DNA of 64,000 nt from Bigelowiella natans CCMP2755. Its lineage: Eukaryota; Protista; Cercozoa. The stretch spans positions 124,001 through 188,000 of the forward strand of contig ADNK01000697.1 in assembly GCA_000320545.1 (NCBI GenBank), given 5' to 3'. Below are positions 1 to 13,446 of the stretch, one piece after another. The notes beneath the pieces are model-generated. The model had not been told where the DNA came from. It ran no database searches and saw only the letters and a list, made by a program, of their open reading frames with translations. Each line of letters starts with the position of its first letter. Positions within the stretch are counted from its first letter, which is position 1. Made by a program: the position numbers and the translations under genes.

Positions 1-463
1 AGTCTTCATTCAGAAGTCAGAAGACACCTCAAGCATTCAAGTATGGACGAAAGAAACCATAGAAAGTCTCAAGTATAAGATCTGGAAGGTTACTTCCGTG
101 CTTCCTGAGATGCAACTCTTAAGCTATGGAGGGAAGCAACTTAGTAGCGAGGTAGGAGGGAAAACTCTTCAAGATTACAATATAACCGATGGGTGCACAT
201 TGCAATTTGCATCGAAAATAATTGGCGGATCGATGAAGATTTTTGTGAAAGCATTAACCGGAAAAACCACCACTCTCGAAGTTGATAACTCCGACACAAT
301 CGAGGTTGTCAAAGTTAAAATCCAAGACAAAGAAGGTATTCCACCAGATCAACAACGTTTAATATTTCTTGGAAAGCAGCTCGAGGATGGTAGAACGCTT
401 CAAGATTATAGGATCCAAAATAAATCTGTGCTCCATTTGGTTCTACGTCTGCGTGGGACTTGA
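1..463 (+). CDS. Tandem ubiquitin-like domain + divergent ubiquitin (5'-truncated by window)
   Basis: Frame 2 is open from base 2: [28 protein letters not shown]...[24 protein letters not shown], then S, then a 76-aa ubiquitin (233-460) [11 protein letters not shown]...[12 protein letters not shown]...[10 protein letters not shown]. About 14 substitutions versus canonical ubiquitin. Confidence 0.9.
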   Translation, partial: VFIQKSEDTSSIQVWTKETIESLKYKIWKVTSVLPEMQLLSYGGKQLSSEVGGKTLQDYNITDGCTLQFASKIIGGSMKIFVKALTGKTTTLEVDNSDTIEVVKVKIQDKEGIPPDQQRLIFLGKQLEDGRTLQDYRIQNKSVLHLVLRLRGT

Positions 464-479
464 TGTGTGCGACGTACGT

Positions 480-1330
480 GATATTGTTCTTAATTTTATT
501 TTCTAATTCTAACACATATGTAGCAAATATGCTGCATCATGAAGCTCGATTCTCCACTCTGTGTTGTTTGTCCTGGCATTGCTTTGGTAGCATCTGACTT
601 ACAGCAGATTCTTGCTTCTAAGTTACGTGCATGCGATGCATCTACGCATCGATTACTATCTATTCTTAATGATGTGATATATTCATGCATTCGACCCAAT
701 AAGTGGGGCTTTCCTTGCTGCCTACCGCAGCTGTGCATTGTTGCCTCATAGCACTAATCTAGCTAGCTAGGGCGTATATCTCTCTCACATGTGAAGTGGC
801 GTAGTGGCGTTGCAAATTGCAATACCTGCGAGCTGCTGCGCGCTGCTAATTGCGATCTAGTAATAAGCATGTATACACATTCAATTCTAGCTGGAGACTC
901 ATGCCATGATGCATCATTGAAATTAACAGCATGCCCGATTGCACTTCCAGGCATGCTAGCATGTGCAAGTGCAATTGCGTGCACACATGTATGCGGGCAG
1001 CACGTAGCACAGTGCATTTGAGATGCTCTTGTCAGGCTGCGTGTGCGCATCTGCATGCAGCACACATTATTTTGTCCTGTCGACAAGCGCGCCAACTATC
1101 TTTAGCGCAATGCAATGACATCATGCTACAGGGGTATCGACATTAGATACTTTAATTTATTGCACCTCCTCATCACCATCTAGCCATGATCGAGCTGTGC
1201 TGCATTTCAACCTGCCTCGTAATTATTAATCGCGATTTACATTCCTAGATTCATACATGCACACACATCTACAACTGTATATGTAGAAAAGTATTTAATT
1301 ACAGGCACAACCGGCTTGCTAGCTTGTGTA
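480..1330. other. Palindrome-rich intergenic tract 1 (convergent junction Ub + / PZP -)
   Basis: tctagctagctag (~758-770), gcatgctagcatgtgcaagtgcaattgc (~951-979), ctgcatgcag, gcttgctagctt; no credible coding content. Confidence 0.7.
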
Positions 1331-1442
1331 CGATAAAATATCACTGTTTTATTTAATACACGTTGCTGTAGCGACCATGACAGGAAGTCCTTACAAACAT
1401 TAAATTACGATATAAATGTTTCATCGGAGCAGATTTACGCAT

Positions 1443-3971
1443 TTACGGAGACGCAATTTTCTGAGCAGTTTTACAAAAGGCACGAGCGTCGAGTAGCTTC
1501 AACCCGATGACCCCCTTGATGTCTCCAGGCTCTAAGTCAGATACGTTGCTGAGGTTCTCCGCCAGACCGATATCTGTTGGGATGAAAATACTCAGGAGTA
1601 GAAGAAATATCCAAAAGACGAAGAAGACGCACAGATGATGGGATGGCACTTTACGATAAAATCTACGACAGAATAGATCTCAAGTGGAGAACAGAAGTAG
1701 TTTCGCAGCCATGGCATACGTAGCACGAACGCACCTCTTAGATGTGTATACATTCGATTTGGGTTGATTTTACGATCTGGACTCCGACGTTTCAAATCCT
1801 TATAATGAGTAATAATAATAATAATAATATACAATATCATTCATACTGAACATGGACAATTCGAGCAAGCTTTCAGACATTTCTCTCAACGTCACCCACC
1901 ACTCTTATAAATATTCACGAATGGTGTTGTTCTCGCCTATACAAGTTTATCCATCTCTTCAGGCCACCCAATTGTCGTGGTAGTTATTGCTGACCTCCAG
2001 AAACTTTGCTATGGCTTTCTTGAGGCGAGGCTCCTTCTGTTTTGCCAGGCTAGGTCGTCCAGAAGAAGAAGAAGTAGAAGAAGTAGAAGAAGTAGAAGAA
2101 GTAGGCTGATCCTCCTGACTCCTGCTGCTACTGAACTTAGAAGCCTTTCTGCCCGGCTTTCGTGCAACGTTCTCTGCAGCCTTTTTTTCCTGTTTTTCTT
2201 TATATCGTTCATACGACTGCACGAGTCAAGGCAGCATAGTGACAAAATCAAACGAATCTCATTAATGGCGGTCAACAAACTCCATTGCACAAATGAAATA
2301 ACGAATACGCTAAGATGATGACGTTGTTGGTGAGGAGGTGGATTACCGTCCGTAGCCACTCATCGATCAAAGCAGCACACTCTTTCTTAAGTGCAGCGTT
2401 GTTTGTTTTTTGCTTGAGTTTATTTACGGCCTGGCAAGAAAAGAAGAAAAGAGAAGATAACAGAAGAAGAAGAAGAAGAAGAAGAAGAAGAAGATGGAGA
2501 AGAAGATGGAAAAGAAGAAATATAAATTTATAAGATTAGGAAGAAGGGATACCCTTCATGCCACCACTCTATTTACCATAAAACGCAACGACCGGCAACA
2601 CGGCCGTAACACGATATCTGGCCGTGTTGGAAGGCTGCTAAACATCATCATCATGATCATCATCATCAACATCATCATTATCACCCCCATCCCTATTTAT
2701 TTGAACAACATCAAAATGCGCATGCTGTGTTTACATTGCCCATCCCAGATCTCTTGATAGTAGTCCAATCTACTTGCGGCAGTCCCTGGCAGAGCTAGAG
2801 GTACGACAACAACAATAACAACAATAACAACGCAGCACAACACATCATATCTGCTGAACAGGCAGCCATAAGAAAGAAGGCAACATCGTGTCATGTTCTT
2901 CATTCACGCAAAAGATGTGGCAGTAGTAGTGACGATGAACCTTAACAATCTGGATTTGTTTCGGTACTCGATTTTCCTTTTTCTGCAACAGCCGCGAGAG
3001 CTCTCGATATTCCTATCAAAACCAATAATACAATGCTCAGCAGTTGCGGATATCATAGGATGCACCCGTTAGGTAGCGTTGATAAAAATTGAGGAGGCGA
3101 GTGCTGGTATCCGGACCGAACATGATGCATTGTATTATGCGCGCAGATGAGCAAACTAGCGTTCGTGGGGCTGGACAATTATTTATTCGCGGGAGGCATC
3201 AGACTACCACCATCAGCAGCGGCAGTAGTAGTAGTAGTAGTAGTAGCATCACCATCCACCTACCTCTATGCTCTTAGGTTTCGTGTACCTCCTCATACTG
3301 CCAGATCTAAGAAGTACGCAGAAACACATAATAATAATAATAATAGGTAATAATAATGATAATGATACTATGGCTACATTCTCACGATCTTGCTGCTTAT
3401 CCTTCGATGATGCAGCGTACAGCATCAAAAGGGCCCGTTATCATCATCATCATCATCATCATCATCACCATCATCATTACCATCGATCGTAATTATTATT
3501 ATTTCGTCGAAGCAGTCGTTGAATGCCGTAGTACCTATGATTGCCCCCCGCACGTCTATCCCTCCTGTTGTCATCATCATGAACAACTTTACGAGCCTTC
3601 CTCGACGGCGGATGTGATGAAGAAGATAACGAGGTGGGGGACAACTCTCTTTTGCCCTTCTTCCGGGTACTGCTGCCGCTGCTACGACTGAAGGATGATC
3701 GATCATACTTCTCCTGCAGTCTCTTGCTCCTTGGACGCTGCATTTCAGGGAAGAAAAGAGAAAACATACGTGGATGGTGAAGGTATTTGTGGCAGTAGCA
3801 AGCTTTTGTACTCAATAATAGGTGGAGAAAAGGCTCATTATTATCAAAAATACCGGGGAGAGAGAATAGGCCTCTTTTGTTCAATGAATGGTAGTAATTC
3901 GGCACTCTTCTCTCTCATGGTAATAATCATTGCACACATCCACTTTCACCTCTATTATAATCAGCACGCAC

Positions 3972-4011
<40 letters not shown>

Positions 4012-4779
4012 TCCCCCTCCTCACAGATGCCCTTACTAAAAGCTTATTCTGGGCGTACAAGTCCCTAAAGATTAGTAAAAAAGGAGTCAAAGATGATGAG
4101 TTCTTTCTATTCTACTTGAATACTTATGTGGAATTGGGTTTGGTAGCAACGTCGTCACAATTAACAGCTCAGCAGGGAAAGGAGGTATAATCAAAAGTGG
4201 TTGGAGAAAGCAACCAGCGAGTAGTATTTTATCGCACCGCAATGACTGTCAAAAGACCCCCCCCCTCCCTTCTCTGATAACCTTCGCTCCTCTGTGAAGC
4301 CTTCCGTGCTAGGATTGTGGACGGGGCAGTAAAGGCAATGCTGAGCACCTATCAACGTAGTTGTTATGTTATATGATGTTTGACCGAACAGCCCTCATTA
4401 GGAGGAAAGGTTATGAAGAGCAAGGAACTCATTCTCCGTACTTCGCAACCTCTCGAAATATGTATTGCTGCTCCCGTATTTTCATCATATAATAGGTTGC
4501 ATAGTGATAATCCGTACGGTCTTTCATCCCTGAGTCACCAATTGAAAATAACACCAAGGACCGTTTCTTCACCTTTACGAGGAGAAGGGGGGGGGGGGGG
4601 GGCGAGACAGCAAAACACACCATCATCTTCATATCTGCACGACCTGCACTTAACGACAATGGCGATGTACACGGATGGATATTGGTTCTCAATCATACAA
4701 AATGATCATCCTCCTCTCTGTGCTCTAAAACTCTTCCTGTTCTACTAGAAAGTAAGGGGAGAACAATAAGGCAACGACG

Positions 4780-4813
<34 letters not shown>

Positions 4814-5386
4814 TTCCAATGGTCATTTGTTGGTCTATCTCATAAAGGATGATCAAAAAAAGGACTGCATCGTGAAATCAGCAGCAGCACCGACCTCCTC
4901 ATCGTCCGCATCCTCCTTCCGAAGCGCGAGTCTATTCAATTCAACAGCGCAAGACACATGACAGGCCTAACAGACGAAGAGAGTGAGTGAGCAAACAAAC
5001 GCATATTGCTCGGTCATCAGAGGTAGTAGAAAGGAGAAGGCAGCAGCAAGATGTGATGATGTGTCTTCTATGACTTACCCAGAGGCATTCCTTACTTGAG
5101 CACTGCACGCATGCCCCATCATGCGCCACTCCGCATATGTGACACTAGGGAAAGAGGAGGGGGGACCGGGGGGAATGTTAGTGCATGGAATAAACAAGAG
5201 AAACAGTGAAGAAGACAGCGGCGGGGGGAATGAGAGTTAGTATCTCTTCCCACAGCAAAGCATTTATTGTTATAGCAGTAGCAGAAAGGTATGGAGATTA
5301 TGCTAATCATGCTGGAACCTTGAGCCTCTTACGGTCCTTGTGGATTTTCGATATTCCCTAGTAAATGAAGAGAATGAGGGGGGGGG

Positions 5387-5434
<48 letters not shown>

Positions 5435-5922
5435 TTCGAAGCCAACAAATCATTTGCTTGCCATTTTCGGCTACATAATTTTGATACAACGCTGAAGAAT
5501 CATTACTTCTACCGCTGCTACTACCAACACAAATACTACTTATCAAAAAGGCATCGAACAACACTTATACTTATTACCATAACATTTTCCCGTCTCGTGC
5601 CGTTTTGGAAATACGTTGGTGGCATATATAGCACGCAGTCGATATGAGCGAAAATACCCCCCCTCCCCTCATCATCCTCATAAGAGCGCTTCATAGCTCC
5701 TGCAGGGAAAGGATAACGAGTGGATGATGGAGAGAGTTGGGGGGGAGAAGAATAAAAAGAGGATTTCTTAAAAGTTAAGAGTGCATATAATAGAAGCAGT
5801 ATCGATGGTATTTGCCTTGCAGCACGGTGAACGGTGACGACCGTGCACAAACGGCAAGATTGAACGCAGCCGTTCGAGGCCAAGTGTGAAATTGCTCAAT
5901 CTTATTAAATATACTTGCACAA

Positions 5923-5959
<37 letters not shown>

Positions 5960-7286
5960 TATAAATATATATTTGGTTGCGAAACCTCCAAATGGTCCGT
6001 GCCTTCTGTGGCAGATGCTGCAAGTAGCACTCTTGAATAAGCTCTAAGAGGAGGGAGGGGGGTGTGCAGAAAAGGAGGTGCATAGGGGGACTGCTATCAT
6101 TAATAATCATTGAACGAGACCACAAGGTCCATCAGCTTGGAATACAAAGTAAACACCACATTTTCCCTTTCCTTCGTCTCCATAATTATTTGCAACTTGG
6201 CGAGGCAATATACATGTGCTTCTTACACGAGCGCACCGTCATCAATATCATCATCTCATTGTCATTATCATTATTATAGTATAAAGTGATGGAACAGCAC
6301 CTTCTTTTCTTCTGAATCATACTTGCAGACGTCACAAAACCATTTCCCTAAAATCATGAGGTGGAGTATTATTGCACAGGGTCGTGTGGTGAGGCAGTAT
6401 TGCAGAGGAGGCAGCAGCAGCCGTATCAGCAATTAGTGACTTCATTCAGCTTTGTTGGATATTGTTTGCCACGATATGCCCGCTGCCCTTCCCCTGTTCC
6501 TCCTCGATGATACTACCTTTTGGGATAGGATAAGGCCCCCCATAGCAGCTTTGATGCACCTAAATCGTAATAATCGTAATAATAAGGGCATAAGGGGGGG
6601 GGGGGGGAGAGGGGGGGCAAGGTGGAGGACGTATTTTTCATGTGGATACTCTCAAAAGATCAGATTCACCCATGTAATCGCAGTATCATGAAACACGAGA
6701 ATAGATTTTAAAAGGCTAGTGACGAACTCGTTGTTGGTATAATTCCAAAGCAGCACAGCTTTTGTGGAAGAAGCAGCAGATCGTACTTGGATTGGGACAT
6801 TTTAATGATAATAATAATGACAATAATGATAATAATTATGATCACCATCATGTCGCAGCCATCGCAGATAACTAGCTCATCAACGTCTCCATTCTTGTCC
6901 TCGTATCGCACCTTCCCGAGACACACAGCACAGCGATTGTATACCTGTGTAGAGAACATCATCAAGAAGCACCGACAGCCGACTTTCAGGAGGCGTACAC
7001 CGTATTATATGCAAGAAGAAAAGAAGAAAAACGATGTGTGGAGAGACATCGCAGCAGCTGCCGAAGCGAAGTTTCGTAGGGTGAAATTTTGTAGGTATCT
7101 TTCTGTTCAGAGAGGCATTGTATTCCTACGTTTTATGTGTGGGACAACCGATGTTGATCGGTGATGTCCTTATGTTTATCGATGATGTCCTTGCTACTAA
7201 ACCCCCTCCCATTTCATCTCAATTCTGGAATATTTCAACCAGCATACACTTATACGGTAGGACGGCCGCAAATAAAAAACAGCTAG

Positions 7287-7329
<43 letters not shown>

Positions 7330-8674
7330 GATGCTCCTTGTGATCATAGAGTGTACTTCTGCATCGCCTCCTCTTTCTTCAGATTCAACATTGTGATCTC
7401 CTGACGATGACTTGTTACTGTCGGTTTGGCCGACTACAATTGCTGCATCATCATCATCATCCGTGGATGATCTGTTGATAATCCCGCTGTCACCCAGATG
7501 TTCGGAGCTTGAGGATTCATTGCTTGTAATACTCTGCACTTTGCAGTCCTTCTCCTGCTCTTTACTCGTCGTTAAAGCAGACATATTCACCACCTTCTTA
7601 CTCTTCCGACATGGAGAATCTCTTGAAGGGCGTGTTATAATTGTTTCAACTTCTTTCCTTGTCGTGGCCTTTGTTTCCTTCTCTTTCTGTGGTAGGGGCG
7701 AAAGTGCCAATGATGATGATGGCTTATGATTTGTGCGTGTGAAGCTTGAGGCCTCTGCTGCTAATCCTGGCGTAGTTTTTCCGTCCAAAAGATTCTTATT
7801 TGAAGTAGACTGGGGAGGCATAATCCTACTTTTCGGGATTTTCACTGTCTCCGAAGTAGTAGAACTAGTGCTGTGAATGGAAGGAGAGGAACAGGCCTGC
7901 ATTCCCACTTCTGCAGCTCCTTTGTCCTTTTTGCATCCTTCTTCTCGAGCAGCCGCCGGGGAGGAGATAACCTTCAAGAAAATTACATTAGTTGTTGAAG
8001 GTATCGCTGCTACTATTTCTCACAACACACTTTGTATATCTTTTGGCGTTTTTTCTCCAATCAGAACTTTATTCCTCATAATCATCTAGATTGACATCAC
8101 TGACCACAGGTTCATATTCTCCTCCTTCCTCATCATCAACGTCATCAGAGTCGCTGTCGAGACTACTATCGTCCCCTGTGATATCGATCACTTCACCTTC
8201 CTTCTCTGCCTGTTCGGGGATAGGATGGAAAACGTTTAGGATGAAAGGGGAGGAGAAAATACGCTATAAAGTAAAGGTCGGCATGGCGCGCTAAATGACG
8301 ACGTGTATTGCCGACCTTCTCTATTTCATCTTTTGCAACTTCCGATGCGGTTTTGCTCCCAATCACTTGCACGTTCTCGTCACTTATCGCTTCGTTGCTG
8401 ACGGATGAAAATGTCCCCTCGTAGGTTGAGACCATCTACGATATATTTAAAGAGGAATGTTAAGAGGTGTCAGCACTTCAAGAGCTCTTAGCTTTTTAAC
8501 TCGATGAAATAACAAACAGACCGATGCAACCCACGCCGCGCTCTCTCTCTTAAAGGCCTCTTTCTTTTTCTTAGCGCCGTCAAGCAATCCCTGCCAATGC
8601 AATAAACACAAAATAAACGTGAGATGCCTCCCTGGTGTAGATCTACATTGGGGTTGCATCAGTGGGACCTCCAT
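1443..8674 (-). CDS. Multi-exon PHD-Zn knuckle-ePHD (PZP; Jade/BRPF/AF10-type) chromatin protein with TFIIS N-terminal-like and SAM-like domains
   Basis: Exons: CAVC..DELVICDGCDMM (~6940-6845), GKWFCDVCK (~6345-6323), CRLC, GAMKRS..FAHIDCVLYMPPTYF (~5700-5580), GISKIHKDRKRLK, CHICGVAHDGACVQCSSKECLW, ACHVSCA, HCLYCPVHNP (~4345-4310). AVNKLKQKTNNAALKKECAALIDEWLRT at ~2430-2347. Last exon DIGLAENLSNVSDLEPGDIKGVIGLKLLDARAFCKTAQKIASP*. Start and single-gene continuity are approximate. Confidence 0.8.
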
Positions 8675-8948
8675 CCTACTCCTCCTTTCACCGCCGCGAG
8701 CGCTGTATGAAAAATGGCAATTTTACCAGAAATTAAGTGCTAGTTGGAGTGCTCTACACCGTTGGACTTTATACGCGTAACGAAGAAAGACGACTGAAGA
8801 AACGGCCCAAATGCATAAGAAAACAGCTTCGATTCCTTTGCAAATCCTATGCAAATTTCTAGGAGTGCTACTTGGTTTAAATCAGGTGAAACTATGCGAA
8901 CCGCTGACGACTTGTAGTAAGAATTGTTGTGAATGCAGGAAATATTTC

Positions 8949-10622
8949 ATGGTTCTAACTAGGACGGATACGACATATACATTAGAAAACATATGTCCCA
9001 TTTATCGTTAAAAAGCATAAATACTCCTCATAATTGTAATGATTAAATATGCTAAATTTATTTCCTAAACGAATATCGCCAACTCCTCCTCCTCCTCCTC
9101 TGCACTGATCAGCACAGATCAACTCTCAGGGCGGACGACAGGCGGTAGGGCCATCGCCTGGACGGCTCGCTCCACGATGATGGAAGATATCGATGAAGAT
9201 TTTCCTAAGGCTGCAGAAAAGAAGATGGTGTGTTCAAAATATAGCGTTTTGAGGCTTTTATGTTCCACTGGATTGCGAGTTGATAGTGAGGTATTTTGAA
9301 CTAGAATCTCCTGGTCTTCGATATAGGAGCAAGATTCACAAAGCTTGGGTTTGCAGGTCATTATTATTTTGCAGCTGGCTGCCCTGCTTTGTTCGCATGT
9401 GGTATCCTTGAGTAGTACAGTCAGGTGTTGCTTTGACGAAAATTATGGTTATTTAAGGAGAGAGTGAACCACGGCACATATTACCAAGCCCAAAGCCTCC
9501 CAAGATGCGGCAGGTAGTAGCCCCCCATTTGTTTTCAGGCATTTATCTTCTCGTGTGTTTTGATATACATACATACTACCTATGTCCTCGGGAGGGGGTG
9601 GGGGGCGGCAGCTACACATGTTGATAAGATCATACTCTCACTACCTCTCAGGTCTCGGTTAGCGGAGGACGTACCCCTCAGGACGAGTCAGATATAAAGC
9701 TAGTACCCCCAAAGTGAGTGTTTTATTATCTGTCATTTCACATGAACAACTCAGAATACATACCAAAGCAATACAGGATACATTAAGTGCCTTCAAGTCT
9801 CAATCATCCCATAATTATTTGCCATTGGCTTGTTCTCATTCCTCTCCCTTGCCGGCTGGCATTAGCTATAAGGACTGGTATGAAACATACGTGGATTTTA
9901 TCGCTAATATATATCAAGACAACTTGCAGGTGATATATCTCGTTTCGTGTTTTGGTTATGAACTTCATGTGTTGACAGTCTCCGCCTCCAATCTGAGCAC
10001 AACTAGAATCTACAACCTTTGAACAGTGTTAACCAAACGGCCTGCACCGCAATAATTGTACTTCAGTGTAACACCGCCGACTTTAGCGTCATATTGCTCG
10101 AGGATTTGGAATGGTCTTACAGGTGGTTCACTCGCTCTCCCATACTTTGTAATGGTTGATGTATGCAGTAATTGCGAGTCTATGTTTGTGTCCGTATCTC
10201 AGAGCTTGCGCGTATTTGTACACCATTCATTCTTCTCATTGTTTTTTGATTCAACAACAAACTTGCAGCCAGAAAAGGGCGATCCTAAATATTTTCCTAA
10301 ACATTGGAGCTTCAGGGGTGGGTCAAATTCAATACATACAGTAGTAGTAGTAGTAGTAGTAGGAGGAGGAGTAGGTAGTAAGTCGTAATAGCGCAGTAGT
10401 AGCTAAGTAATAATGATATTTTACTTTAATTTATTTTCTCGCTCTCCGCTATGTTCCTTTGACTGCCTTTCCGAATAAAATGGGCGAATCGTTCTCTTTC
10501 TGACCTTCTCCTGTTTGTTGTCATCGCAAAGATTCTTCCAATGGCAGCCCAAGTGTTTCCGGTGATGAGAGACATATCCTTATTGAACAACACACACACA
10601 CATGCTGTAGCTAACTAACTCA

Positions 10623-10661
<39 letters not shown>

Positions 10662-12449
10662 CCAATGCTCTTTTTTTTTCAGGCAATGTTGCTGTCATGC
10701 AGGAACTGCCTCGTCGTAGATATAGGGTACGTACCAACGAATCTACAAGCAAGTGCTTCTTTACTATTCTGCTCAAAGATTATCTTGACGATTATCATCG
10801 TCATAACAATCGCTAAAGGAATCTTCTTTTTAAAGGTATTCAGGAACTCGCATTGTAGCTGTTTATGACCGAAATCCAGTGCTAAGGTGCCCTCCAAATA
10901 CCATTTGATTAGTAAAGATGTTGATCATAATGATAGTTGTACTGGGCGAGAGAGTGCATTCAGCAACTTCTTCCACTATCTTGATTCGCTCCTTTTGATG
11001 AACAAATCAGATCCTACCAATTCTCTCCAATTGGAACGAAAGATGTGATGTTACAATTCAACAACAACGACAACAACAACAACAAAAAGCCAGGATAGTA
11101 TAAACTTATCAAAAGAACTCGATATGTATCCCCCTTCCCGCTCCTCCTCTTTTACTTCTACGAGCACTTAAAAATGAAACAGCAGAAATGGGAGGAAAAG
11201 GAGTTGATAAACAACTGTCTTGTAGAACTCCTTTTCCTCGATTATTACATGTGCTGCCCCTCCCCCCCCCCCCGCCCCCCTTCCTCTTCCCCGTGATACT
11301 TCATGTAGCATGTAGCTTATTGTTTTTCCGACGTAAAGAACAAATGCACCTCATCATTGAGTTGTATGTGCCACTGCAACATGCATCCTTCTTCAGATTT
11401 TCAAACGTCTCCGCAAGGAAATCATTGAGTTTGGAAGCGTGAAGAAAACGGTACTAGTCGCAGCAGCATCATTACTACCAGAGGCCGTCATGCGCACATA
11501 AAGACGGATATATACACAACACACACACACACACACACACACATACACACACATATTTATATTGTGATATAATGTCTACATGTATATGACAGAAATTAAA
11601 GTAGTATCCTTCCTCCTTTTCCTCCTCCTCCTCCTCCTTCTCCCTGACACTGCCATATCTTAGAAAGACTCTGCGTGTGAGTCGAAGGAAACAGCGAAAG
11701 GAATCATAGAGAGAATAGCTGACGATATATTCGAAAGCCACTGTGGAAGTCTTCTTATCGGTGAGTTGATTAGACGTGCACACTAACATACAAAATGATG
11801 GATAATGCCTTCTTCTAGTACCATTTACTTGTAAACTCGTCACGCACGGAGAGAGGCATATAGACCAATGAAGAAGCTAGTAGTAGTCTCTTTGCTTGCG
11901 TGATGACGACCGTAATACATGTGCAAGATGATGATTCTGCCTATCACGTCTCTTTCTTGTTCGAAATGATAAGAGTCTTCGATGCCTGTTTTGGGATTTT
12001 GGCTGTTGTTCGCTCTGATATCTTTAAAATTCTTCTTGGGCAGCATATGCAGCACAGCAGCATATGATCAACACTCACATCCTCACACTGCCACTGATTC
12101 TGCTGCTGCTGTTAAGATGAGAGTTTTAGTTTTGAATTCCTATCAATATGGTGGTAGCCAGTCACCTTCATTCTTTCTCCAACCCTTCCATTTACATGTG
12201 TGATTCGTCTGCAATATGACTTAGCAGCAACTTACTGTGATTTATGTTGTATTCACAGCCGCTGCTTCAAGTACAGCTTCTTCTTCTTCTTCTTCTTCTT
12301 CTTCTTCTTCTTCTTCTTCTTCTTCCTCATCATCATTATCAAAACTAAAATCCGCCCACTTCCGGCAAACAGACAAAAAGTTGAAGGAATGTAAGTCGCT
12401 AAATGTGCTGCATGCATTCATTGGCGCGATGGTGTGTGTGCGCGCGCGC

Positions 12450-12485
<36 letters not shown>

Positions 12486-12899
12486 GTGTGTATGTGTGCC
12501 ACACAACAAAATCGCGATGATACCGCCTAAGTTCTTGCCATTCTTCCTTTCTCTTTCTCACTTTCTATTGAAAGCGTTCCTGATAGAGATACCGGGAAAG
12601 GCACGGAGTCTTAGCGTAGATAATGAGCTCTTTATCTCCTCGGACTTGCCTGGTAGTTAGGAGTATAAATATGAGTTTTATTCGTATGGATCATGAGCTA
12701 ATCAGCCTGTCTGATGATTTCTTCCTCCTCCTCCCCCTCCTCTTTTCTCATAGGTGATGGAGTTTCTGTACCCGAGGCAGTCGCAAAGGCTATTCTAGGG
12801 TAGCGGCATAGAAGAAGAAGAAGAAGAAGATGATGATGATGATGGAGAGCAGTATGACGGAGGGAGAGAGTGGCCATTTGTTGCGCGAGTGAATGCGCG

Positions 12900-12940
<41 letters not shown>

Positions 12941-13415
12941 TTGTTTTGAGGACGAATAAGTGATATGGATGTTGCAGGTGCACTCCTGAGATACGGGCAG
13001 CTGTCGTTGCTAGGGGAGTTTTCTTTACCGGTAGCTCAACAAGAAAGAGAAGAAGAAGAAGAAGAAGAAGAAGAAGAAGAAGAATATGGTTAAGAAGAAG
13101 AATATGGGAGCAATTAAGAAGTTTAGTGATGATAATGATGATGATGATGATGATATTGATGGTGATGATGGTGGTGATATTTATGAAAATAACACGCCTA
13201 CTCACTCGCACACGCACATAGCTACAACAGTCTATTACATAAATTTGGTTTTAATTAAATATGTGCTATAACAGGTGGCGGTGCATCCATTCCGGGTGTA
13301 GAAGATAGTATCTGCAAGTTGACGGCAGCTGTTCTCTCTCAGAGAAACAACGGTATTGTTTATAGCTCACTGCTCTATCCTCATGCCATTATGCCCCTTT
13401 CTTTCTTTCATTCTG

Positions 13416-13446
<31 letters not shown>

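Noticed and set aside
1592-1840. O-fucosyltransferase-like C-terminus (VVDFIV..SSSSFG)
   Set aside because: The matching part likely runs into an intron, and flanking exons fit the PZP gene's SAM-like end better.
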